DNA from: a virus
Taxonomy: Duplodnaviria; Caudoviricetes
Strand: one strand, 5' to 3'
IMG/VR virus record: IMGVR_UViG_3300038345_000144
Length of the DNA stretch: 64,000 bases
Numbering within the stretch: the first letter of the stretch is position 1; each line of letters starts with the position of its first letter. This document shows positions 1 to 11,903 of this stretch, in pieces. The notes beneath the pieces are model-generated. The model was not told the origin of the DNA. It saw nothing but the letters and a program-made list of their open reading frames with translations, and made no database searches. The position numbers and the translations under genes are program-made.

Positions 1-1454
1 AGTTGTTAGAAAGCGAACAGGCTGGAAAATCGAACCCTTTTAAGGAGATATTTAACAATGAAAGAAGTAGTAATTCAGATGTCGGACGATATGTTCGAAA
101 GAATAATGAAGGCTGAAAGTTTGCCTGATATGTATGGTACAGATATAGTAAACGCTATGAACTGTATCAAGAGAGGTATTGTTCTCCCCGACACTCACGG
201 AGATATTAAGGACATTGACGAGGTATTGCTTGGTATAAGGTGGAAAAATGGTCACGGCTACGAGGCATATATGTATGCAAAGCCTATCTCTGATGGAATT
301 GCTACACTTGTGCCTGCAAAAAGAAACGCTAAAACAACTGAAGGAGTTATATAAAGCAGATGAGCAAACGAAAGAGTAGTTATGAGCGTTGGAAGGAGCG
401 TCAGAAAAACGCTTCCCCCTATGCAAATCAAGCCGTTTGTAGTAAATGCAGAAATTGTGAATGGGTGAGAACACACGCATATTGCAGTGGTTTTGGCAAG
501 GCTACAAGATTGCCCTCTGACACTTACTGGAGCCTAAAACCAGGATATTGTACGCAATTTTATCCTAAAGGAAATACCGAAGGTTTAGGATTTATTATTG
601 GTAAAGGAGACACAACAAATGAGTGACATTGAACAGAAAATTATCGGAAAATCCGTTAAAAGTGCCTGCATTGACGGGTATGAAGTAACTATTGAGTTTA
701 CAGATGGAACGGTATTTAAGTATGAAGCCTCCGACGGAGGTTATTCTTCTTATAGTTTTAATGAGGTAAGATAAGATGAAGAGAGATATTAGACTTATAG
801 ATATTGTTGCTATACTCTCTCCAAGACATTCCTATTGTGTAAGAATTAACGGAGAAGCACTCAAAGATTATCTGCGTAGAGATGAATTAACTTATGGTAT
901 GTTACAGATGTATGTAGCGAAAATCGGTAGTTGTTATCATCTTAACGAAGACCATCTTGTACTTGATTTAGTAACCCGTGATAATTCTTTGGAGGGATAA
1001 TATAATGGATAATGAAAACGATAAGGAACAGGAGTGTTCAGGCAACTGCGACACTTGCCCTAATAAAACATTTGATAGCGACAGTGCTTACGAGTTTATT
1101 TGTAATAAATACGGTTGGGTAGTTTAATGAAAAACAATTGTAGTGAATGTGTGCATCATTATAAAGATTTAGGCTATTTGCCAGAAGAGTGCTGTGTTTG
1201 TTATATTGACGAAGACGGCTATCATTCAGAGTTCGTTCAGATAGATAGAGAAAAGTGTGCTACCTGTCGAAAGAACGCAATAGAGGTATGTGCAAATGGC
1301 GTACCTGATTGTGAGCGTGGTCTCCCGTGTTCACCAACCCCTACCCGTGAAGAATATGACAAAATGATAGATACTACTCTTAATCTTATAAGAGAGATAA
1401 GAGAAATGGTTAATAATAAACCAGAATAATGAGTTACCCAGTTAATCCTAACTC

Positions 1455-1484
1455 TTGACAAATAGAGTTGCTAAAGCGTATTAT
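1455..1484 (+). promoter_or_regulatory. Sigma-A/sigma-70 type promoter
   Basis: TTGACA-N18-TATTAT, upstream of RBS AAGGAG (1501-1506) and GTG start at 1516. Confidence 0.7.
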
Positions 1485-1835
1485 AGTGTTATATTACACG
1501 AAGGAGAATACGCTTGTGAGTAATTTAGCAATAATTCAGGCATACGCACAGAGTACACATAAAACACACGACACCCAGTACAATCAGGGAAGAAAGGACT
1601 GTATTGAGGGAAATATTTGGACGGATAATGCCAAGTATTTTATGTTGTGTGAGAATTTTCATTGTTATAAGGAGCCTACTGGCGATGTGGCTATCCAGTC
1701 AACAGGTAAGCCACAGGAGACCGTAGACAAGATGCTTGCTATGGCAGGTAATGAGAGGGTTACAAAGGGTGGAGCCAAGATTACTCCTATCCCCGTCGCC
1801 TCACCGAAGTTAGATTTCCCTAATAAGTAAGTGTT

Positions 1836-2204
1836 TTGGAGGTGTTGAAAATGACAAATATTAAGAGTTGTTTATTGTGTAAAAACTATAATACACATCC
1901 TTGTGAATGTGAGCACTGTGAGGATTGGGATAATTTCCGTATCTCTGAAAGCGGAAAAGCATTAAGAGAAAAGATTTATGGTGACGGTTATCAGGACGGT
2001 CATAAAGACGGTTATGATAAGGGTTATGATGACGCACAGGCAAATAATAACAGACCACAAGGCAAGTGGGAAAAGCACGACACTTGGGACTATTCCTGCT
2101 CTATTTGTGGAGAAACATCCACGGTAGATGATGGAATTGTTGAGGATTTGCCTAACTTCTGCCCTAATTGTGGGGCATCAATGAGAAAAATAAGTAAGGA
2201 GTAA
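1836..2204 (+). CDS. Phage protein with GYxxG repeats and C-terminal CxxC...CPxCG zinc ribbon
   Basis: YGDGYQDGHKDGYDKGYDDA...RPQGKW...CSICG...FCPNCGA; paralogous to 47976-48242. Confidence 0.7.
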   Translation: MEVLKMTNIKSCLLCKNYNTHPCECEHCEDWDNFRISESGKALREKIYGDGYQDGHKDGYDKGYDDAQANNNRPQGKWEKHDTWDYSCSICGETSTVDDGIVEDLPNFCPNCGASMRKISKE

Positions 2205-5166
2205 TAATTATGATTTCAGCAAAAGAAGCCAGAGAAAAGGCAGAAGCCAAGTATGAGCAGGAAGTTATGCAGGAACTTGCGTTCATAGAAGAGCAGATAC
2301 TTAAATCCGTAGATAAGTGTAATATGTCTGTTAACATAGTTACTGATTTACACGCTAAAACAACTGGTGAACTTGAAAAGTTGGGATATAGGGTAGAAAT
2401 GACTACATCTCAAAAAGAGGGTACAGAATACACAATCTATTGGTGATTTCTAAAGGAGAAGAGAATAATGTTTAGCGATGAAACCTATCAGATTAACGAG
2501 GCTATCAAGGTCTTGAGAGACCTATGTTCCTATCAGGGCAATTGTACTGAAAATTGTCCTATGTATCAAAATTGTCATAAGTTTAAGGACCATATAGGCA
2601 CAAGCCCTGATGAGTGGGAATTGATACCCAACCCTGATGAAGTGCCTTTATATAAATATGAATTGGTTTTAGGTGATGATAAGCCAACTTGTTTTATGTC
2701 CGATGCTTATAATGTGCTTGTCGATGAGGTCACTTCTTATACTAATAATATGGGCGTGAGAACATTCTGTATGTTTTCCCCTATGAACAACAAAATGGAC
2801 TTCTTCTTGAGAGAGATAGGCAGAACATTAAGAGACGAGTCCACGGCAGTATATAAAGCCTATGAACAGGCAAATGGTAACTTTCACCAGTTTGACAGGT
2901 TTTTAGGAAAGTACAAGGGTTCGAGAAAGGATGATGAAGAATGATTGCTGATAGACGACTTTTATTTGAGGGCGAAGGTATTTCAGGGGATAATCTCCGA
3001 GTTTGGAGAGTTACCCGCCTTACTAATGTTTATTTGAGATTTGAGTCCAAGCCCGCCGATGTGGATTGGCGAAAGGCAACTTCTATTGATGTTCCAGAAG
3101 CAGATTTCATAAAGGCGTGTGGATATACATTCGGGGGAATATTCGGGGGAATAAATGAGTAATATGGCAGTAAATATAGAAGCCTCTAAACGAGTAATTG
3201 AAATTAGACAATCAAAGATGCCGTTGGATTGGGTTATATATAACAACTTGAGAAAGACGGCTGTTAGGTATCATATGGACAGGGGGACGGGTAAGGTAGT
3301 TTACGAAAGAGTCCCCTATGATTTTAGATTTGAGGAAATGAGTAAGGGCGACAATTGTTAATATTGGAGGAATTAGAATGGTAGTATCAGATTTAAGAAA
3401 AGTCGTGGTATCATACCAAAAGGTATATATTTTGAACTCTGATTACGATGTTGAATGTGAGTGTGAAACGAAGGATATACCTAAAAAGTTCTTAAACCAC
3501 ACAATTGCCGATGTAGAAGTACAGGATAATGTGCTGATGATTAGATGTGAGGACTTATAAAATGATTAGATGTGAAAAATGTGGCAAACCGATTACACAT
3601 ATTCTCACGAACATCTTTGACCGTGAGGGAAACGACTATGAGCAAAAGATAGAGATTAAGTCGGACCATAGTGCTGTTATTTTCCGTATTGACGCTAACT
3701 GGGTAGGCTATGAATTGACCGAGGAAGAGCAGAGAGAGTGTATTCTTTGCCCTCATTGTCATAAGTACCCGTTTAATTGCGAGGAAATCCACATCTACGA
3801 TAATGATATAGATGTGGTTATGTTTATGGACGACAAGCAGGTGGAAAAGCAGGACTCGGAGGTTGAAAGTTGGATAAAGAAGTTTAAGTTTATCGGTGCT
3901 GATAACCTTGAGACTGTATTCACTGGTGGTAATTGCTATTATTTTGCTGTTATTTTGAAGGAACACTTCGGAGGCGAGATTTATTACCTACCGATTGCTA
4001 ATCATTTTGTCTGCCAGATAAATGAGAATTTCTATGATATTACGGGAAAGGTTATTCCTGATGAGAAACCTATATGCTGGGCAGACTACAAGAATTATGA
4101 CGAGTTGGAGTATAATAGAATAGTTCGAGATTGCTTGAATTTTGATACGAGAAAAGTCTAATAAAAACGGAAAGGTTGTGTTGTATTTTGTTTAAGAAAA
4201 TAGTTTATGTTCTTTGGGTGTTAGCAAACCTCTATGTAATTTATTCAGGAGGAAAGACTTGTTATATCTATTATACGGCAGGCAATACGCTTTATGCTGT
4301 ATTGACGGGATTGGCTGTTGTAGGTTTTACTCTGCTTACTGCCTTTATCATTTATAGAGATGTAAAGAGTTACTATAACAAAAAGAACGGTGTTAAGGTA
4401 TATCCTTACGACTGTGGCAACTGTAAGAATGAGTCCAAGTGTCCTAATAAGTTTGCCAAAATGAAGTTATGGTGTGATATTGACGAGTGCAAATATTGGG
4501 AGGCAACGGAAAACGATGACAACAACGGTTAAAGAACAGGCAGTTGGAAATACTTTTCTTTATGAGCCATTAGGTCTAACAATTAGCCCTATCGCTTATG
4601 ATAGAGAGGCTTTATGGAAGCCCGAACTGATTAACAAAACATTTGTTTGTCCCTGCTGTGGTACAACTTATATAGCAGATAAGGCAGGCTTTATTCCCAA
4701 GTGTGAAAACTGTGGGGCAACAATGCAGGAGGAACCCTAATGGTTTCATTTTATGTAATCAAAGTAACCGAGGTCAAGCAGTATAATTGCCTTCAATTTG
4801 ATGCCCGTAGCGTCTGCAATAACAATGTGGTCTGTATGGGTACTAACGGAGTTAAGAAGTATTTTAAGGAAAAGAACCTAACCCCAACTTCTGGCACTAC
4901 TGCGGAGTCAAAACATATTGTTGACCCTATGGACAACACTTGTACGATTTGGTACGAATATGAGGCTGTTAAGGCTAAATTATATCAGTAAAGAACTATG
5001 ATTACTAAAGAAGATTTGATATTTTGCTTAAAAGCACGAAATGTCATATACGATGAGAATTGTGAGAATTGTAAGTATCACGATAACTGCAATAAGGTCT
5101 TTCGCAGTGTGATACTCACTAAAGTAATCAAACTATTAGAAGAAGGCGACAAAAAGGACTAAAACG

Positions 5167-5208
5167 AAAAATCCCTACCTATCATAAGATAAGTAGGGAT
5201 TGTTTTTT
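5167..5208. terminator. Bidirectional intrinsic terminator at the convergence of + and - strand gene blocks
   Basis: A-tract, ATCCCTAC...GTAGGGAT hairpin, then T-tract, between convergent stop codons at 5162 and 5208. Confidence 0.85.
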
Positions 5209-7261
5209 TACTCTTTAATACGACCTATGAAAGCGGCGTTTCTCAAGGAATATGTGACTCCATCAGGGTCATACAAAATTCCTTCAGATAAATGGTCGAA
5301 TTCAAATATTACGGAGTAGATATTGCGTTTCGGGGTAATATAAAGTACATCACCAGGTTTTATGGTCATACTGTGCTCATCACCCGTCAAAACATTATCT
5401 GCATTGGAGTAGATATTGCCATATACAAAGGAAATAAATTCTTTATCAAGTTTTACCATATCATTCTCCTACATTCTTTCTGTAACACTCAAGGTATTCC
5501 TTGCATACATCAAAGAGGTTCTCAATGGAGCCATTTTTACCACAAATGTCTTCTTCACAAACATCACTGTCACACCAGTCACCATTTTCATCGAGGTAAC
5601 TCATTTCAAACCAGTTGTTTGAGTCAACATAGACCTTTGAACTGTCATAAGCCTCACCTGTGTCAAACAATTTCTGGACTTCCTCTGGGAAATCAATATA
5701 TGAGGAAAATGGACCCTCGCTGTCATCACAAGCCCTGCCTGTTGGGTAGTAGAAAACCCTAACTTCGCCCATAACCTCAAGTTTAGCCTTAAACTTGCCG
5801 TCAGCACTGGTGTAGACACAAATGGTATCACCAGAAGCCATTTGCATTGAGTCTTTGATTTTTGTCATATCCTCAAATACTTCCAACTTTGCTCCGTCTT
5901 TAACAAATACTTCTTTTGCCATAATCAGTTCTCCTCATACCTTTTATCATATAATTTACAGCACTCAATCTCTTGAGGACTGCCCTTATCAGAAATAACT
6001 TCAGGTTTTGCCTGCATCACTTCTCCAAAAATCTTGGATAACTCAACAATGTGATATGGAACGTCAGTAATATCATACTTTTCAAGGACTTTCCACCAAT
6101 CACTTATAGCGGTTTTTTCCAATTCTTTTATTGCTTCTTCAGGAAACCCGTGGTCAGCCTCATAAAGACAATCTCTAACCCATTCGTCTATAAAACATTC
6201 AGGTATGCAATCAATTACGGACACGCCCTGACCAGACTCTACTTCGGCTAATGGTAATTTGTCATAGATGCCATAATCAAAGGTTTCTTCACCAATACGA
6301 TATGACGAAATAATATACGCATAGTTATTATAGGCAACAATTGACATTTCACCACTGGTAAGCCAATCTACAATCTCGGATATAGTCATTTTACTTGTTT
6401 CCATAGGGTTCTCCTTTACATATAAAATTCACCAATTCGTGCCATTAAGGACTCTAAAGCAACATCGTGGTCGCCAGGTCCACCGAAATCGTCAATAAAG
6501 TAGCCTAAATTATCGTCAACTACATAGAAGATGTCGTCATATCTTGGGGTCTGAATATGGAGAGAGCCGTTAGTTACATCAAACTCCCATACAGAACAAA
6601 TGCTGTTATCCAAATCAGGTAGCATCTTATTAAACTTAACCACCAAGCCACCGTTGGCAATTCCTTTATCGTCTAAATTGTAGAAATCTACATTATTTAC
6701 GGATATACCGCCAAACATCTTCTCAACTGAAATGCAGTTCATAGATGTTCTACAACCGACTCTGAAGAAAGTTACTTGGTTTTTATCTCCAATTCTGTTG
6801 TTCCTAATCATCTGCAATTCTTCATTAGTAATCTGTCCCATAAGTGTTCTCCTCTTCTTTAATTACCATCTTTTCTTACAACTCTCCAAAATACGAGTAG
6901 CCAGTTCTTGAGAAAATTGGTCTTCAAAAACGGTGCTTTCTAAACCCGCATCGCAGGCAACATCAAAAATCGCATTAACAATATATGGGGAGTTATAAGG
7001 TTCTGGCTCATTCTGGTCCCATTGAATGTAGATATAGATTAAGATATTTGGTAAATGATTTAGTGACTCTTTGGTGGACTCATAGTTATATGCGTCCTTT
7101 CCACCACAAATCCATTCAGCCATACTTTCAATAAAGCCAGGTTTTTTAGGTACTATTACGGCAAAATACTTACAGCCAGCACTGTCGTAAAGTTCCTCAC
7201 TGTCCCAATCCAACTTTTCGAGGTACTCCAAGATACCGTCTAAACAGTTTTCACTAATCAT
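5208..7261 (-). CDS. Five acidic hypothetical proteins (5208-5459, 5461-5922, 5925-6404, 6416-6841, 6863-7261)
   Basis: Consecutive ORFs with AGGAG RBSs; no recognisable motifs. Confidence 0.7.
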
Positions 7262-7285
7262 ACAAAATCTCCTCTCAAATTTTAT

Positions 7286-7927
7286 TTAGATTTCTTTATA
7301 ACTCGTAATTTCAACAAGGTAATAATCTCCTTCGTCTGTTACTTTTACCAGTTCTTTATTGCCTTTACTTAAAATATGATACTTATTTCCAGTCGTACCG
7401 CCTTCTAATGAAGCCTCGGTCCAAACACCAGAAAAGTAATCTTGAGCGTTCTGGTAGATGGTTTCTGCTGTATCTCGGTTATCGGTAGTAATAGTTACTT
7501 TGATGTTCGAAGCATCTGTCCAATAACCAGTAACCGCCTCGGTCTTAAAATTCTTGTCAAGTTGTGGGTCAACCTTCACATTATTTATGCTTACTGAACG
7601 GAGTACAACACCCCTGCGATTGTCCTGCGACCAGCGATAATCGTCACTGGTAAAACGATACACGATAGCAGTATTATCTGGAAGGGAGCCTAAATATGTG
7701 CCGTCCCCCTGCTGGTCCTCGGAGGGAGAATAATTAAGAGTTGAGGCATATATACTCCTGCCCTTAAATAACTTCTCAAAAGAAACCGACTCAAAAGTGT
7801 CCTCCTTGATAACATCTATCATTGAGATAGCCTCTTCTCCTGCCTTTTGAGGGGTTATAGAATTACAAGAGCAAAGCCCAAGTGTTAAAGTTGCTATCAA
7901 AGCAATACTTATTAGTTTCTTTTTCAT
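7286..7927 (-). CDS. Putative lipoprotein
   Basis: Signal peptide with lipobox-like LGLCSC; paralog of 7952-8608. Confidence 0.7.
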   Translation of the reverse strand: MKKKLISIALIATLTLGLCSCNSITPQKAGEEAISMIDVIKEDTFESVSFEKLFKGRSIYASTLNYSPSEDQQGDGTYLGSLPDNTAIVYRFTSDDYRWSQDNRRGVVLRSVSINNVKVDPQLDKNFKTEAVTGYWTDASNIKVTITTDNRDTAETIYQNAQDYFSGVWTEASLEGGTTGNKYHILSKGNKELVKVTDEGDYYLVEITSYKEI

Positions 7928-7951
7928 ATATCAGTTACCTCAAAATTATTA

Positions 7952-8608
7952 TTATTTATCAACTATGTCAGTGTCCATATTTGCCCAGCCATAAGCGTCC
8001 ATAGGGTGATATGGGATTTCAGGGCTAACGGTGTCCATAAGATAAATCATATATTCGCCGTCTTGCTGGGTCATATAGATAACATTGATACCATCAACCT
8101 TACCAATCCACTCGTTATCCCCAACAGATGTCTCAATAGTAGGATATTTACCAATATATAAGCCTACCAAGTCGCTATAAAGGTTCATAGCCTCGTTCTT
8201 ATCTACAACGCTTACTGCCATATACATAATAGTATCATCGTGAAGTGTACCCATCAATTTAGACTTAACAGGTTCCGCAGTAAGGTTCTCGATACATACG
8301 GTCCTAACACCTGTTACGCCGTCACCCTCAAGTCCACTCCAGTTGTTACCCTCAAAGTTATACTGTACTGCCTTACGGTCAGGAACAGCGTCCTTATCGT
8401 AGCCAGCCCTATCTACAAAAGAGTCGTTTGTTCTGCTGAACTTGTCGTTATCGAACCTTTGTTCAAATTCATTTGAGTCAAATTTAGTTGAACTATTAAA
8501 CGCATTGATAATATCAATGGCTTCGGTCTTAACAGGCTTCTTGGTGCAAGAACAAAGTCCCATAATCATAATTGCTGACATTACTAAACATACAAGTTTC
8601 TTTGACAT
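7952..8608 (-). CDS. Putative lipoprotein
   Basis: Signal peptide ending MGLCSC; shares EAI..I, F.S..FE..F and R.V.I.N blocks with 7286-7927. Confidence 0.7.
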   Translation of the reverse strand: MSKKLVCLVMSAIMIMGLCSCTKKPVKTEAIDIINAFNSSTKFDSNEFEQRFDNDKFSRTNDSFVDRAGYDKDAVPDRKAVQYNFEGNNWSGLEGDGVTGVRTVCIENLTAEPVKSKLMGTLHDDTIMYMAVSVVDKNEAMNLYSDLVGLYIGKYPTIETSVGDNEWIGKVDGINVIYMTQQDGEYMIYLMDTVSPEIPYHPMDAYGWANMDTDIVDK

Positions 8609-8898
8609 TATAAATTACCTTCCTTTTTGGGTTTATTGAACATTACTATAAAAACAGGAACATATAAACTGACATAAGCAGTGGTTCCTATTGCCCACGA
8701 TGTCATCAGGGTCTTGGCATAATTAGCCTCATTTGTAGCCTCGATATATCGCATATCGTCACATATAGCCAAGTCCGAGTGTTCTTTAAGCCAGTTTTTC
8801 TTTTGATTGGCGTTGTGAATTGTTGCCCCTAACCCGCTACTTAAAACGATTAAGACAAGCGTTGCTACGATAAACCATATCTTTATCTTTATTTTCAT
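8608..8898 (-). CDS. Small two-TM membrane protein
   Basis: Two hydrophobic segments. Confidence 0.6.
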   Translation of the reverse strand: MKIKIKIWFIVATLVLIVLSSGLGATIHNANQKKNWLKEHSDLAICDDMRYIEATNEANYAKTLMTSWAIGTTAYVSLYVPVFIVMFNKPKKEGNL

Positions 8899-8919
8899 AT
8901 ATCTTCCCTTCTATAACTG

Positions 8920-9303
8920 TTAAGCGAACTCAACACATACTCGCTCATTTTCGATGTAAAGTGTCGGTTCTCCAACAAAATACTCTGAATAGGTATCTGC
9001 TATGTTGCTCTGAATATCCTTTACGACAGCAAATTCCTCTGGAGTGAGGTTGTCCAACTGCTTATTGTAAAAAATCTCTTCCAGTTTCTCGTCTGTGATG
9101 TCCTTATTCTTGGACATACCCTCCAAGAACGACATACTGACATCATAACAAACAATTCGCATAGGCACAAGGTCTCTCTTCTGATAAAAGTCCAACAGGT
9201 TCATATGAATATCTACGAACTCATTGTTGTCCTCTCCGTAAACCCTGATATAACCACAACGAACCCTATCCCATAGGGTTTTAACAAAATCCTTACTATA
9301 CAT
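8920..9303 (-). CDS. Hypothetical protein
   Basis: 127 aa ORF translationally coupled to its neighbour. Confidence 0.6.
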   Translation of the reverse strand: MYSKDFVKTLWDRVRCGYIRVYGEDNNEFVDIHMNLLDFYQKRDLVPMRIVCYDVSMSFLEGMSKNKDITDEKLEEIFYNKQLDNLTPEEFAVVKDIQSNIADTYSEYFVGEPTLYIENERVCVEFA

Positions 9304-9968
9304 TAGTTTCCTCCTGCCTCATTTGTTGAAGGCTCTGCTATCGGGTTAGCATCAGCAGGCTCATTTTCCATATATTCTGAAGGTATAATACCCTCGTCCA
9401 ACTGTGAGGACATTTTCTCAAACTCCTCGATATTGGATTGAGCCACTTGATAGTCCTTCGCCGCCTGTGCGAACTCCTGTGGTGACATTAACTCATTGGC
9501 AAAATACTTGCCTGAAGCCACAATCATTATCAATATGAGAATGAAAATCAAAATCATATTAAATCTCTTTGACTGGGCTTTACCAGTAGCCACTTCCTTA
9601 AACTTCTCCGTGGTAAATGGCTTGAGTAAATAACGCTTAAAATACTTGGTTTCTGGGTGTTCGTTAGGTATGAATATCCAATGTTCATCGGACTCATACG
9701 CCATTTTACATAAAGTAATAGGCAATACTTCCTGAAAGGCATCAAACTTTTCAGGCTCATTATCGCCTACTTGATAAATAAAATCTCCGTCAAGGAAAAT
9801 CATATCGTTCTCTGATAACTCGTACTTTCCTTGAATATAACCAATCAGGTTAATAAAGGTATCGGAACGGCTCAAATCAACTGGAATATCGTCCTGATAC
9901 TCAAAGGGTGTGTAGTTTAGGAGTTTACCGTTATAATACACATTTCCCTTAAACTCGTAATGTGTCAT
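9303..9968 (-). CDS. Hypothetical single-TM membrane protein
   Basis: Hydrophobic stretch MILIFILILIMIVA. Confidence 0.6.
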   Translation of the reverse strand: MTHYEFKGNVYYNGKLLNYTPFEYQDDIPVDLSRSDTFINLIGYIQGKYELSENDMIFLDGDFIYQVGDNEPEKFDAFQEVLPITLCKMAYESDEHWIFIPNEHPETKYFKRYLLKPFTTEKFKEVATGKAQSKRFNMILIFILILIMIVASGKYFANELMSPQEFAQAAKDYQVAQSNIEEFEKMSSQLDEGIIPSEYMENEPADANPIAEPSTNEAGGN

Positions 9969-9969
9969 T

Positions 9970-11193
9970 TTACACTTCCTCCACTACTTTTTTGATTTTC
10001 TTTACTGATTTAAGGTTCTTCTTCAACTCTCTGGTGGCTTCATCATACAAGTCCTCGAATTCCTGCTTGGTAATGGAGCCTTCAGGGACATAGAAGCCAT
10101 CATATACATTAGAGGCAATAATACCTCTTGATTTCAACTTTTCGAGCATAAGGATATGTAAGTTGGACTCGTAGATGAAGATTTCTGCCTGACAAAAGGC
10201 TTTCAAATTCAAGACTTCGTGCAAGGCAACTCTTACCTTCTCGGTAATATTGAGCAAGGTATCATCAAAATACTTTTCAACTTTCTGGCAAGCAACTACA
10301 TATTCCTTATCGGATTTCTTACAATGGTCAAGGTATCTCTGCCTACGCTCATAGATGAAGGTCCTGTACTTCAAGGAACTCTCCTTCATATAGATAGGCA
10401 TAATCAGGTCTTTGAACATCTTTCTGACTTCGGGAGACCACGGCTTATTCCAGCCACACGCATTATAGAGTATTTCATACATATCAACATCGTGGGGCAA
10501 GAACTTATTGTGTCCCAAATTATAACTTAACCTATAAATTGATGCGTTGGTATCAAATTCTTGTAACGGTGTACCGTCATACTGTTTGTCAAGAAGTATG
10601 GCTCTGGCATTATCCTTATGCTTTTCAGGGTTCTTTGTACCACATAACGGGCTTGTAAGCCTCTTTCTACCCTCACGGAGATAGTCTAACTTGATTTTTC
10701 TCTGGGGGTCGGCATTAAGTTCGTCCAGTTTCTCAACAAAATCAGCGTAGGTCTTTGTATATTCTGCAATTTGCTTGGCATCTTTGAGGTCTTCCTCGTA
10801 CATTTCCTGCAATTCTTCAGGAGAGGCATAAAATTTCTTCTTATATTCGAGAAAGTCAAAGAACATAGGTTCTTCTGCTGTAATATTAGCCAAACAATCG
10901 TACCCATAATTATCAATCAAATACTGATTGAGTTTGTCACGGTTAACTGTATAGATATTATTCTTCCAGTGTGTACCTTTCTTGACATTAAAATATCGCT
11001 TATCAGCAAGACAAAGACCACCAAAATCAAGCATCTTCTGAATATGCCTATTTATGGTGACACGACAAAGATTAAGATAACTTCCCAAGAGTTCCTGATT
11101 AACAGGAAAATTGTCCCCCTGATTATTGTAATAGGAGAACACAAGGAAGAATATCATAGTATCTTCTTCGTGGTTCTTCGTCTTTTTATACAT
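9970..11193 (-). CDS. Putative PolA-superfamily (TV-Pol-like) polymerase with N-terminal HTH
   Basis: HTH-like NQELLGSYLNLCRVTINRHIQKM; motif A-like EFDTNAS; motif B-like RKMFK...IY; YES..HILMLEKLKSRGI followed by motif C-like NVYDGF. Confidence 0.5.
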   Translation of the reverse strand: MYKKTKNHEEDTMIFFLVFSYYNNQGDNFPVNQELLGSYLNLCRVTINRHIQKMLDFGGLCLADKRYFNVKKGTHWKNNIYTVNRDKLNQYLIDNYGYDCLANITAEEPMFFDFLEYKKKFYASPEELQEMYEEDLKDAKQIAEYTKTYADFVEKLDELNADPQRKIKLDYLREGRKRLTSPLCGTKNPEKHKDNARAILLDKQYDGTPLQEFDTNASIYRLSYNLGHNKFLPHDVDMYEILYNACGWNKPWSPEVRKMFKDLIMPIYMKESSLKYRTFIYERRQRYLDHCKKSDKEYVVACQKVEKYFDDTLLNITEKVRVALHEVLNLKAFCQAEIFIYESNLHILMLEKLKSRGIIASNVYDGFYVPEGSITKQEFEDLYDEATRELKKNLKSVKKIKKVVEEV

Positions 11194-11261
11194 TAACTAT
11201 AAATTCCTTTCAATTATCTTACTTGGCTAACAAAAAATTCAGTCACTTCTCACATTCATAA

Positions 11262-11555
11262 TCATCCATTAAGTTTTAATCCCCCACCACAACTACTACA
11301 TTGACCATTACCGTAAGGAGTTTGTCTACCACAAAACGGACAGGTTACAAGTTGCTGTTTCTTACGCTCATTTTCTTCGGCTTCTTGATTTTTAGCCGTA
11401 ATTTCAGTTATCTTATCCTGCATTTCTTTATTGTTTACAATCAATTTGGGTAAAACCTTACGAATAAAGATAATAAACCCTACAATAACGGCAACGAACA
11501 CTAAACATACTATTAGATTACTGACAATAATAGTAGTAATTTCACTTTTATCCAT
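11262..11555 (-). CDS. TM plus C-terminal zinc-ribbon protein
   Basis: N-terminal TM; CPFCG...CSSCG. Confidence 0.7.
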   Translation of the reverse strand: MDKSEITTIIVSNLIVCLVFVAVIVGFIIFIRKVLPKLIVNNKEMQDKITEITAKNQEAEENERKKQQLVTCPFCGRQTPYGNGQCSSCGGGLKLNG

Positions 11556-11808
11556 TTAATACTGCTCCACAATATTGACATACCTTATGGTCGCTTGAAT
11601 TATCCATACCACAATGTTGACAGGTAACAATTTTAGATTTAGCCAATTTATCTTCAGCAAGACTTTCATCCTTTTTAGCCTGTTCATCAAACGCTTTTCT
11701 ATTTTGGTGCATACCCTTCATAAGTAGTTTACCTATAACGATTACGCCAAAAGTAAAGCCCCCAATTAAAAATATAAAAACACATACATAAGCCAAAACT
11801 GTTTTCAT
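11548..11808 (-). CDS. TM plus C-terminal zinc-ribbon protein (paralog of 11262-11555)
   Basis: N-terminal TM; CQHCG...CQYCG; both proteins end LNG. Confidence 0.7.
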   Translation of the reverse strand: MKTVLAYVCVFIFLIGGFTFGVIVIGKLLMKGMHQNRKAFDEQAKKDESLAEDKLAKSKIVTCQHCGMDNSSDHKVCQYCGAVLNG

Positions 11809-11903
11809 TATAAGAGGTTCTTCCTTATTTTATTATAATTAAATAGCCCTCTGTACGCATAGTTACAGAGAGCCATTTATTACAATTTGATTACAAATAT
11901 GTA

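Larger units (their letters stand above)
58..5162 (+). other. Cluster of about 18 short, tightly packed accessory ORFs, many Cys-rich or zinc-ribbon-like; typical phage early/accessory region
   Basis: ORFs 58-354, 360-626, 776-1000, 1127-1429, 1516-1830, 1836-2204, 2210-2446, 2468-2944, 2941-3162, 3155-3361, 3378-3560, 3562-4161, 4176-4532, 4474-4740 and 4740-4991, plus short ORFs read by hand at 619-774, 1005-1127 and 4998-5162. Many have AGGAG-type RBSs and overlapping stop/start codons. Confidence 0.8.
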
